Of a stretch of DNA of 64,000 bases, positions 50,214 through 58,649 are shown one piece after another. The notes beneath the pieces are model-generated. The model had not been told where the DNA came from. It did not search any database and saw only the letters and a list, made by a program, of their open reading frames with translations. How positions within the stretch are numbered: position 1 is the first letter of the stretch; every line of letters starts with the position of its first letter. The translations under genes were made by a program, and so were the position numbers. The DNA is from Campylobacterales bacterium (GTDB lineage: Bacteria > Campylobacterota > Campylobacteria > Campylobacterales > UBA6016): NCBI GenBank assembly GCA_041915365.1, contig JAYSBP010000004.1:51963-115962 (forward strand). The letters run 5' to 3'.

Positions 50214-50468
50214 TTACAGTTTAACATTTTTTATAGAAATTCATCTTAGCCAAAAGATTATGAAAATACAATTGAATAACTATGATTTAAGCTGTTTGAG
50301 GAGAGTTTCAAAAGCGTTTTTTATGGTGTTACTTATACTTATTTAAATAAAAATAATAATAACTTTAGTTAATACAATTAAGACTTCATTAAGATAGTTT
50401 TACTTAAAATTTATTCCCTTGCAAAAAGCAAAAATCAAAAGTCAAGAAGAGTAATAAAAGGAGCGTTT

Positions 50469-51389
50469 ATGAAGAAGCTACTGGCATCACTTTGCCTATT
50501 TTCTTCCGTTGCCGCCGTCTCACTTCTAGCCGATGACATCACCATATCGGCAAAAGAAGCTAAGGAGCTAATCGGTAAACCGGGAGTTGTGTTTGTAAGC
50601 GGCGATAATGCTGACGTTTACGGACTTAACCACGTGGAAGGCTCTATGAATATGGATGCTCACCACCTTCACCATTCTGATATAACGGGACATCTACACT
50701 GTGCTCCGCTTTATATGTGCATAGACGAAGCTGAGAAGTTTATCGGTGCAAAAGGTATCGACAACGATACGCTAGTAATAGCATACGATGACTTCAAAGG
50801 TCCAAACGCTTCAGGCGTGTGGCATTTTTTCAAAAGCTACGGACACAACAAAGTAAAAATAGTAAACGGCGGTATCACGCAGCTTAAAAACGAAGGCGTA
50901 AAAATAGCAAAAGGCGCAGAGCCAAAAGTAGCCGCAAAAACCTTCAAAATCGATCCTAAAAAAATCAACTACGACATAATAGCTTCCAAAGAAGAGGTTC
51001 TAAAAGCCGTTAAAGACATAGAAGTAAACGGCGACAACTCAAAATATATGATTATTGACTCAAGAAGAATTGAAGAGATAATAGGTGCTACAAAACTTGA
51101 CAACGTTGCCCGTGGCGGACACGTTCCAAACGCTAAGTTTATGGAGTGGACAAACTTCAGCGACTCCGCAAAAAAACTCTCTTACAAGTCTGAAGACGAG
51201 ATGAGAGCCGCTTTAGAAAAATTTGGCATCAATAAGGACAAAACTATATACACATACTGCCACGTCGGTGCGGGTAGAGGTTCGTATATAGCTACCGTGC
51301 TTGAAAAACTTGGCTACAAAAACGTAAAAGTCTATACCGGCTCTTGGGATGAGTGGGGTAATGACTGGAACATGCCGATAAGACGATGA
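50469..51389 (+). CDS. secreted two-domain rhodanese-like protein
   Basis: Sec signal peptide (MKKLLASLCLFSSVAAVSLLA). Inactive N-terminal rhodanese domain (Asp at the Cys position, AYDDFKG). C-terminal active domain with loop YCHVGAGRGS. RBS AAGGAG. Confidence 0.85.
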   Translation: MKKLLASLCLFSSVAAVSLLADDITISAKEAKELIGKPGVVFVSGDNADVYGLNHVEGSMNMDAHHLHHSDITGHLHCAPLYMCIDEAEKFIGAKGIDNDTLVIAYDDFKGPNASGVWHFFKSYGHNKVKIVNGGITQLKNEGVKIAKGAEPKVAAKTFKIDPKKINYDIIASKEEVLKAVKDIEVNGDNSKYMIIDSRRIEEIIGATKLDNVARGGHVPNAKFMEWTNFSDSAKKLSYKSEDEMRAALEKFGINKDKTIYTYCHVGAGRGSYIATVLEKLGYKNVKVYTGSWDEWGNDWNMPIRR

Positions 51390-51403
51390 GGGAGAAAGTA
51401 ATA

Positions 51404-54283
51404 ATGGTAAAAAATAGAAGAGACTTTTTAAAAGCTTCCGGTCTAACAGCGGCGCTCGTAGCCGGTCAGGGTTCGTTGTTCGCAAAAACCAACGTAACCA
51501 AAGTTGAAAATGCAAAAGAAGCGTATCCAAACGCTAGCATGACTGAAAATCTGTATAGAAATGAATTTGAATTCACTTACGGCAAAAAAGAAGAGCATGG
51601 TTTTGCATATCACTGCGTTAACTGTCAAGGTAACTGTGCGTGGGAAATTTGGTCAAACAACGGCGTAATAACTAGAGAAAACCAATCTGCAAGATACCCG
51701 ATAATAAACCCTAGCGTCCCTGACTTTAACCCTAGAGGCTGTAATAAGGGCGTTGAACACTCTCAAGTAATGTACGAAAAAGACAGAATCCTCTATCCAA
51801 TGAAAAGAGTTGGCAACAGAGGCGAGGGTAAATGGAAAAGAATAAGCTGGGATGAGGCTACACAAGAAGTAGCGCAAAAGCTATACGACACTATGATAGA
51901 CCCGAAAAAAGGTCCGGGAGCAATTACGGTTCACGCTGGTACAGGTCTACTAACCGAAGGTAGAAGAGGTGGTCCTCTTAGATTCTCTACTCAACTTGGA
52001 GCAGTTAGAATTTACCCTGCTTCATACCTAGGGGATATGTTCTCAGGTGCCGCTGTAGCATACGGCGAAGGTAATATGGGCTGTACTTACGACTTTATGT
52101 ATGGCGTAAACCTAGCTATCATGTGGGGGGCAAACCCATCTGCGACTAGAATTCCTGATGCTCACTTCGTATGGGAAGGCAAATACAACGGTGCAAAAAT
52201 CGTTGTTATCACCCCTGAATTTTCGGCATCAGCTTCAAGAGCACACCTATGGGTACCTATCAAAGCGGGTACGGATAACTTCCTTGCTATCAGCATCATA
52301 AACGAGCTAATCAGCAAAAAACTTTATATGCCGCAAGCAATAAAAACTTATACGGATCTTCCTTTCCTTGTAAGACTAGACAACAAAAAACTTCTTAGAA
52401 GAAGCGATTTCGAGCACGCAAAAGATGCAAAAGAGCATCACAAATTTGATGAGCAGTTCTATGCATGGAACACAAAAACAAATTCTGTAGCTTTGATGCC
52501 TGGCTCAGAGGGAAGCGATGTCAAGACACTGAGACTAAAAGACAAAGGTTATGACATAGACCCAGCGATAGAGGGCACTTGGGAAGTAAAACTATCCGAT
52601 GGTAAAGCTGTAAAAGTAACAACTGTTTTTGAAATGCTAAAAGCTGAAGCGGCGAAATTCCCAGCTTCTGAAACTCAAAAAATTACAGGCGTTCACCCTT
52701 CAATCGTTGAAGAACTTGCACGTGATATAGCAAAAGAAAAAGTAGTTGAAATCACTACGGGCTTTGCGCTGAACAAATACTTTAACGGTATTTTGAATAT
52801 CTGGAATATCGCTTCAATCTGTGGTCTAACAGGTAGATATGGTCCAAGAGGCGGTCTAAACACAGAAAATGAATTCCAACTTTCAGGTCTTGAGGCTCTT
52901 TCAGGTCACGCTGGTAAATACCAAGCTAGATTTGGCTCAGGATTCTTCGGTGAATTTATGATGGGCAACGGTATGAAGGACTTTGATAGATACTTCTCTG
53001 ATGCAGACCTCAAAAAATCTCAAGGTATCGAGAAAAAAGAGTACAAAGCTATTATCGAGCAAATGGTAAAAGACGGTAAAGCCTATGCGGAAAATCCAAA
53101 AGACGCAAAAAGAGCAAAACCTTTCTGGACACCTGAAGTAGCGCTTCTTGTTGCCGATTCTAAATTTAGAAGAACAAAAGGTAGCACCTACAGAGCCGAA
53201 TTCCTAAGGCTTACAAAATACTTTGCGTATGTAGATTACAGAATGAGCGAAACCGCAATATATGCGGACATACTTCTCCCTGCAAAATCACACTATGAAG
53301 TATACGACCTTAGAAGCTCGCCTGGATACCATAGATTTACAAACCTTGCATACCCTGTGGCAAATCTAAAACCTGTCGGTGAGGCAAAAGACGAATGGAG
53401 CATATTTGAACTTCTATCTCAAAAACTTCAAGAGATAGCCAAAAAAGGGCCTGTTCAAAAAGTAAAAGACCCTAAATACACGAGAGACGGCGTAAGAGAG
53501 CTTGATAAGTTCCATGACGAGTATACAAACCACGACGAAGAGTCAGAGGGTCTACTAGAGCCGTATCTTGGTGATGACAAGCTTGCTGTAGAAGCGGCGC
53601 TTGACAAATGTGAGCAATATGCCCCTTATACAATCGATAAAATGAGAAAATCAGGCGGTTTCCTCGTTCTTAACGAAAAAGCGGCAAAAACGTCTCCACT
53701 ATACGCAGATAGACCGTTTAACTCCTGGGAAGATCAAATGTTCAAATTTGAAAGATTTGAGACTATGACAGGTAGACAAACATTCTATGTTGACCATGAA
53801 ATGTGGCTAAAACTCGGTGCAAATGTGAACACCGCAAGAGACAATATAGCACCTGTAAACAAAGCGTTTCCATTCAAAATGCTGACGCCGCATGCTAGAT
53901 GGTCTATCCACGCCAACTGGAAAAACTCTAAATTCCTTATGAGGCTCCAAAGAGGTAAGCCTTGGATAGCAGTCAACGATAAAGTTGCTCAAATCAAGGG
54001 AATCAAAGACGGCGATGACGTAAGAGTATACAATGGTCTTGGCCAGTTCTTTGCCATGGCTAAAGTATCGCACTCTGCACCAATGGATGCGCTAGTGATA
54101 GAGGATGGCTGGGAACCGAATATGTTCAAAGGCCTAAGAGGGCCAAACGACGTAGTTCCTACTTCGCTAAATCTTTTGGAAATGGCGGACAACTGGGGAC
54201 ACCTAAAATTCGGCGGTCTATGGGACGGTAACCAATATGCGTACGACGCTGCCGTTAACATAGAAAAAGCTAAAAAAGCGTAA
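51404..54283 (+). CDS. Tat-exported molybdopterin oxidoreductase alpha subunit, type II (NarG/SerA/EbdA-like) DMSO-reductase family
   Basis: Twin-arginine signal NRRDFLKASGLTAALVAG (ATG 51404 after GGGAG). FS0 motif H70-x3-C74-x3-C78-x34-C113 within ...PRGCNKG. Candidate Asp Mo ligand in YLGDMFSG. ~960 aa. Confidence 0.9.
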   Translation: MVKNRRDFLKASGLTAALVAGQGSLFAKTNVTKVENAKEAYPNASMTENLYRNEFEFTYGKKEEHGFAYHCVNCQGNCAWEIWSNNGVITRENQSARYPIINPSVPDFNPRGCNKGVEHSQVMYEKDRILYPMKRVGNRGEGKWKRISWDEATQEVAQKLYDTMIDPKKGPGAITVHAGTGLLTEGRRGGPLRFSTQLGAVRIYPASYLGDMFSGAAVAYGEGNMGCTYDFMYGVNLAIMWGANPSATRIPDAHFVWEGKYNGAKIVVITPEFSASASRAHLWVPIKAGTDNFLAISIINELISKKLYMPQAIKTYTDLPFLVRLDNKKLLRRSDFEHAKDAKEHHKFDEQFYAWNTKTNSVALMPGSEGSDVKTLRLKDKGYDIDPAIEGTWEVKLSDGKAVKVTTVFEMLKAEAAKFPASETQKITGVHPSIVEELARDIAKEKVVEITTGFALNKYFNGILNIWNIASICGLTGRYGPRGGLNTENEFQLSGLEALSGHAGKYQARFGSGFFGEFMMGNGMKDFDRYFSDADLKKSQGIEKKEYKAIIEQMVKDGKAYAENPKDAKRAKPFWTPEVALLVADSKFRRTKGSTYRAEFLRLTKYFAYVDYRMSETAIYADILLPAKSHYEVYDLRSSPGYHRFTNLAYPVANLKPVGEAKDEWSIFELLSQKLQEIAKKGPVQKVKDPKYTRDGVRELDKFHDEYTNHDEESEGLLEPYLGDDKLAVEAALDKCEQYAPYTIDKMRKSGGFLVLNEKAAKTSPLYADRPFNSWEDQMFKFERFETMTGRQTFYVDHEMWLKLGANVNTARDNIAPVNKAFPFKMLTPHARWSIHANWKNSKFLMRLQRGKPWIAVNDKVAQIKGIKDGDDVRVYNGLGQFFAMAKVSHSAPMDALVIEDGWEPNMFKGLRGPNDVVPTSLNLLEMADNWGHLKFGGLWDGNQYAYDAAVNIEKAKKA

Positions 54284-54296
54284 CGGAGAATAATAT

Positions 54297-55385
54297 ATGT
54301 CAGCTAATGTAGAAACATCAAAAAGACAATTAGCAATGGTCATGGACCTAAACAAATGTATAGGTTGTCAAACATGCACCGTTGCCTGTAAAACACAATG
54401 GACGAATAGAAACGGTAGAGATTATATGTATTGGAACAACGTCGAGACGTTCCCTGGTGCTGGTTATCCAAAAAACTGGCAAACATCAGGCGGCGGCTTC
54501 GATGCTGAAGGAAATGTAAAGGAAGGCGTTATCCCTGAAATAGAGACTGGATACGGCACTCCTTGGGACTTCAATCATGAAGACCTAGCAAAGGGCGTTG
54601 AATTCAAATCAAACGTAGCCCCTATCTGGGGTCCAAACTGGGATGAAGATCAAGGTGCTGGTAATTTCCCATCTGACAATTATTTCTTTTATATCCCAAG
54701 GATTTGCAACCACTGCGACAATCCTGGATGTCTTGCATCTTGCCCTAGAGATGCGATATTTAAAAGAAGCCAAGACGGTGTCGTACTTGTGGACCAAGAC
54801 AGATGTCAAGGTTATAGATTTTGTATAGCTGGATGCCCATACAAAAAAATCTATTTCAACCCAAAAATCTCAAAATCAGAAAAATGTATTTTCTGTTTCC
54901 CAAGAATCGAAAAAGGTCTTCCAACCGCTTGCGCACAACAATGTGTAGGTAGAATCAGATTTGTAGGTTTCCTTGACGACGAAGAGGGGCAAATCTACAA
55001 ACTTGTCAAAAAATACAAAGTAGCTCTTCCGCTAAGACCGGATGCGAACACTGGTGCGAACGTGTATTATGTACCGCCTGTATCTGGACCGCTCAAGTTT
55101 GACGCAAACGGCAAACCAATCGAGGGAAGCGACAGAATTCCTGCCGAGCAACTTGAAGCGCTTTTTGGCAAAGAAGTTCATACGGCGATTAAAACTATAA
55201 AAGATGAGATGGAAAACAGAAAAGCTACAGGTAAATCTGAGCTTCTTGACCTTCTAATCGCATACAAACACTCTGATATGTTTAGACTTGACGCAGGTTA
55301 CTATGCGCATCACAACAGCTCGCTAAAACCTGTTGACCACAGATACGATGCTGGTAAATTCACATCATTTAAGGCGGTGCACTAA
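54297..55385 (+). CDS. iron-sulfur beta subunit (NarH/SerB/EbdB-like, four clusters)
   Basis: Four Cys groups: CIGCQTCTVAC, CNHCDNPGCLASCP, CQGYRFCIAGCPY and CIFCFPR...CAQQC. In the third group an aromatic residue replaces the second Cys, as in the NarH 3Fe-4S site. Confidence 0.9.
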   Translation: MSANVETSKRQLAMVMDLNKCIGCQTCTVACKTQWTNRNGRDYMYWNNVETFPGAGYPKNWQTSGGGFDAEGNVKEGVIPEIETGYGTPWDFNHEDLAKGVEFKSNVAPIWGPNWDEDQGAGNFPSDNYFFYIPRICNHCDNPGCLASCPRDAIFKRSQDGVVLVDQDRCQGYRFCIAGCPYKKIYFNPKISKSEKCIFCFPRIEKGLPTACAQQCVGRIRFVGFLDDEEGQIYKLVKKYKVALPLRPDANTGANVYYVPPVSGPLKFDANGKPIEGSDRIPAEQLEALFGKEVHTAIKTIKDEMENRKATGKSELLDLLIAYKHSDMFRLDAGYYAHHNSSLKPVDHRYDAGKFTSFKAVH

Positions 55386-56554
55386 TGAATAAAACTGTTA
55401 AGCTACTTACACTTACGGCGCTTGCAGGCATTAGCCTCACCGCTGCCGAGTCGCTAACAGCGGCAAAAGCGGACAAGCTAGATGCTAGCAAGGTAAAGCT
55501 TGAGAGCGTAATCTTGTATCCGCAGACAACAATCGGAAACAACGACAAAGAGGCTACTGCAAAAATGAAAGGGCTAAAAGCTCTTGAAGCAAGAGCCGGC
55601 GTAGCTGTGAGCAAAAATGAGATGATGGTCGTCATCAAATGGAAAGACGCTACAAACTCAAAACAAAGCTCTACTAGCACAAAACTATTTGGCGACGGCG
55701 TGGCAATACAATTCCCATCCGCTTGTTCTGAGGCCGACAAGCTACCTTACATCGGTATGGGAAGCGAAGGAAGACAAGTAACTGTGCTTTTGCAAAAAAA
55801 TACAGACGCAATATATCCTACTAGCGACAAAGCTGATATAACAACGCAACAAGTAAGACAAAACCTAAACCTATTCGGCGACGAACTTAAGAAAAAAGAG
55901 GCTGCGCAAAAAGCTCTTGGCGGCAAATACTCTAAAGTTTTCGTATCAGAGGGCTTTAGATCTATGACTGAAGTTAGAGATGCCAAAGGGTATGAGATGT
56001 CCATGAGCTACAAAGGCGGCGAATGGACTGCGGTATTCAAAAAACCGCTTAACGACGAGTACTCAAAATCTTGTGACGCAACCCCAATGGCCATAGCTAT
56101 TTGGGACGGTGCAAAAGACGGCAGAAACGGTAACAAATGGCTATCAGGCTGGACTCCTATCAACGTAACCGGAAGTGCGAAAGCAAAAGCCGACATAGCT
56201 AAAATCACGGAAAAATCAAAAGGCAATGTAGCTAACGGTAAAAAACTAGCTACAGACAATTGTTCATCTTGCCACACGATGGGAGAAATCAAAGCTCCTA
56301 TGGCATATATGGCGCCTGACCTTACAAACATCGGCGGCTACGCTAATGCGGCATACATAAAAGAGTCTATCCTAAACCCAAGTGCGGCGATAGTGCCTGG
56401 ATACAACAAAAATGCACACCCTTCAGGCGTTTGGTACAACGTAGACGACAAGGGTGTGAGAACTTCTGCTATGCCTGCGTTTGACTATCTAAAAGCAAAC
56501 GAAATTGACGATATAGTAGCGTTCCTACAGACTCTAAAAGCGGGGGTAAAATAA
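55385..56554 (+). CDS. gamma subunit: EB_dh-type haem-b domain fused to a C-terminal monohaem cytochrome c
   Basis: Signal peptide. EbdC/SerC-like motifs (DGVAIQFP, YIGMGSEG, IAIWDGAKDGRNGNKW). Then CSSCH with a downstream Met region (TSAMPAF) and a class-I cytochrome c tail. 389 aa. Confidence 0.8.
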   Translation: MNKTVKLLTLTALAGISLTAAESLTAAKADKLDASKVKLESVILYPQTTIGNNDKEATAKMKGLKALEARAGVAVSKNEMMVVIKWKDATNSKQSSTSTKLFGDGVAIQFPSACSEADKLPYIGMGSEGRQVTVLLQKNTDAIYPTSDKADITTQQVRQNLNLFGDELKKKEAAQKALGGKYSKVFVSEGFRSMTEVRDAKGYEMSMSYKGGEWTAVFKKPLNDEYSKSCDATPMAIAIWDGAKDGRNGNKWLSGWTPINVTGSAKAKADIAKITEKSKGNVANGKKLATDNCSSCHTMGEIKAPMAYMAPDLTNIGGYANAAYIKESILNPSAAIVPGYNKNAHPSGVWYNVDDKGVRTSAMPAFDYLKANEIDDIVAFLQTLKAGVK

Positions 56555-56946
56555 TGCTAAAAAAAATCATTCTTGCCGCTAGTTTTGCGGCTATTGCGGC
56601 GACATCGTCTTACGCTTCTACAGCTTCCGCAGAGGATGCGAAGCCAAAAGCGGGTGAGATTGAGAAAAAAGGGTTCTTGGCTACCGAGGAGTGCATAAAA
56701 AAAGGGATGTTTAAAGATTGCAAGCTAGATACTACGGTAAATAGCCCGATTGCCCTATATGTACACTCTGAGGGTATGATGTACAAACTAGAGCCGGCAG
56801 AAGTTTCTTTGCATGAGCTTGACGAAGGTCTAAACAAAAATAACGTAACCGTAATAGGTACGCTAGAAAAAGGCAACGTTATCAAAATCAGATCGTACAA
56901 AGCTCCACCACCGGAAGGCAAGTCATTCTTCAAAGGTTGCCTCTAA
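56554..56946 (+). CDS. small secreted protein of unknown function (130 aa)
   Basis: TAATG-coupled to the gamma gene. Signal peptide (AAIAATSSYAS). Three Cys residues (ECIKKGMFKDC and C-terminal KGCL). No recognisable family. Confidence 0.5.
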   Translation: MLKKIILAASFAAIAATSSYASTASAEDAKPKAGEIEKKGFLATEECIKKGMFKDCKLDTTVNSPIALYVHSEGMMYKLEPAEVSLHELDEGLNKNNVTVIGTLEKGNVIKIRSYKAPPPEGKSFFKGCL

Positions 56947-56956
56947 TTATCTTTGA

Positions 56957-56981
56957 GCAAAGGGGCATTAAGCCTCTTTGC
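56957..56981 (+). other. intra-operon stem-loop between structural and maturation genes
   Basis: GCAAAGGGGC-ATTAA-GCCTCTTTGC: 10-bp stem with one G-T pair. Lies in the only sizeable gap (76 nt) of the operon. Confidence 0.4.
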
Positions 56982-57022
56982 CATATTCTTACATCCACTT
57001 TTTCTCTAAGGCATCAATCAAT

Positions 57023-57577
57023 ATGGATAACAAACAAAGAGCTTTTATATATGCGTTTATGTCAACCGTTTTTTCCGATAAACTCTCAAAAAAAAGCATA
57101 GAAGATTTAAAAAATAATCCAGCGCTTTTAGACTTGATCGGAGAGAATGCAAGACGTTACTTTGATGAAAATGATATAGGGACGCTAGACGACGAGCTAA
57201 ATGTAGATTTCACAAGTGCATTTTTGGCCAACTCACACCCTGTCGAGTCTTCTATAACCGATGCAAAACATCAAATATCCACTGGACTTGAAAATCCGGT
57301 TATGACTTTTTATATAGAGAGTGGGTTTGATGTCAACCTCAATAACACAAATCTTTTGACGCCCGATCATATAGCGATTGAACTTGGCTTTATGCAAAAT
57401 CTAACGCTAAGCGAAGACGCAAAAACACAAAAAGAGTTTATGCGAAAACACGTTCTAAAATGGATGATTCCATATTTTGTAGGGGTAAAATCTTTAGTTG
57501 AAACACCTTTTTATACTGACTTTTTAGATTTTGCAACAGATTTTCTGCTCTCGGACTATGAGGCGTTAAATGTCTAG
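57023..57577 (+). CDS. TorD/DmsD/NarJ-family redox-enzyme maturation chaperone
   Basis: ~184 aa from MDNKQRAFIYAFMSTVF. ESS... and PDHIAIELGFMQNL motifs are typical of the TorD family. The ORF track starts at 56978. Confidence 0.75.
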   Translation: MDNKQRAFIYAFMSTVFSDKLSKKSIEDLKNNPALLDLIGENARRYFDENDIGTLDDELNVDFTSAFLANSHPVESSITDAKHQISTGLENPVMTFYIESGFDVNLNNTNLLTPDHIAIELGFMQNLTLSEDAKTQKEFMRKHVLKWMIPYFVGVKSLVETPFYTDFLDFATDFLLSDYEALNV

Positions 57578-58649
57578 TTTTACTATAGACCCGCTCAAAT
57601 GTCTTCGCCACGACTATGCCTATAATAGCTGTAATATCTGTATAAACGCATGCCCTGAAAAGGCCATAGACCTTAAAAGGGCAAAAATAGCTATCGATGA
57701 AAACTTATGCACATCTTGTCATGGCTGCGTTGGAGTTTGTCCAACGGAAGCGATAGAATCCGATAGATTTGAGCCAAATATCTTCATTGCCAAAGAGATA
57801 GCGTTTGAAACCAATGAGCTAAAACAAAAGCTAATAAGTGACAAACTGACACTATCTTGCAAAGAGATAGGCGTGTGTCTGTCCGTCTTCTCATCCGAAC
57901 ATCTAATAACACTGGCTCTAAAAAGCTGTAGAAAAATAGCCGCCGATGTGAGTCCGTGCGCAGATTGCGACTTGAACAAACAAGACAAATTAAAGCAGAT
58001 AATAGACGGCGCTACCGCTGAGGCAAACAGCTTTTTAAATGCTTTTGCTTCAAAAGAAATAGAGATAAACGCACAAAAAAAGAGCGATAGAAGAGATTTT
58101 TTTAAGACGATATTCAAACGAACGGCATCAACCGTTGAAGAGATAAAAGAAGACACGCAAAAACCAAAAACAAAGCTACCGTTAAAGAGAATTCTTCTAA
58201 AAAATACCGTTAAAGAGCTACTTGAGGATACGAATAGATTTGTGGAGGGCAACTATTCTTTTAGCGTCTCAAAAACCATCAACAAAGAGTGCACAAACTG
58301 CAAAAGCTGCGTTGAATTTTGCCCGACAAATGCCCTTTTTTATTCCAATGATTTTTCAAAAATATACTTCCAAAGCGGCAAATGCACCGATTGTTCTATA
58401 TGCAACGATATATGCGAAGTAAAAGCTTTTGAAGACGGTTTCGAGCACGATATGGCTATGTTTGCCTTTGATAAAGCCAAAACTGCGATAGAACACGATC
58501 TAAAAGTATGTACGTCTTGTAAAATGGCCTTTGCTTCAAAAGAGGGCGAAGAGATTTGTCCAAAGTGTGTAGAGTTCAAAAATGATTTTGAATATATGTT
58601 TATGACAGCCGAAGAGCTGGAAGCGGCACAAAAAGAGAGAAAAGTTTAA
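57570..58649 (+). CDS. cytoplasmic polyferredoxin-like protein (four 4Fe-4S motifs plus C-terminal Cys4)
   Basis: No signal peptide. Motifs C..CNICINACP, CTSCHGCVGVCP, CTNCKSCVEFCP and CTDCSICNDICE, plus CTSC...CPKC. Overlaps the chaperone gene by 8 nt. Confidence 0.75.
   Translation: MSSFTIDPLKCLRHDYAYNSCNICINACPEKAIDLKRAKIAIDENLCTSCHGCVGVCPTEAIESDRFEPNIFIAKEIAFETNELKQKLISDKLTLSCKEIGVCLSVFSSEHLITLALKSCRKIAADVSPCADCDLNKQDKLKQIIDGATAEANSFLNAFASKEIEINAQKKSDRRDFFKTIFKRTASTVEEIKEDTQKPKTKLPLKRILLKNTVKELLEDTNRFVEGNYSFSVSKTINKECTNCKSCVEFCPTNALFYSNDFSKIYFQSGKCTDCSICNDICEVKAFEDGFEHDMAMFAFDKAKTAIEHDLKVCTSCKMAFASKEGEEICPKCVEFKNDFEYMFMTAEELEAAQKERKV

Noticed and set aside
50259-50345. 28-codon ORF (MKIQLNNYDLSCLRRVSKAFFMVLLILI) in the molybdoenzyme operon leader
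   Set aside because: It has no convincing RBS and no recognisable leader-peptide logic. It could occur by chance in AT-rich DNA.
57719-58252. 177-aa ORF on the minus strand
   Set aside because: It is antisense to the polyferredoxin gene, whose Cys motifs validate the plus-strand frame.
50469-58649. Perchlorate/chlorate reduction island
   Set aside because: The alpha and beta subunits are of the right superfamily. However, no chlorite dismutase (cld) gene lies in or next to the operon, and the flanks are mrp and queF/gyrB. A (per)chlorate assignment is therefore unsupported, and the substrate is left open.
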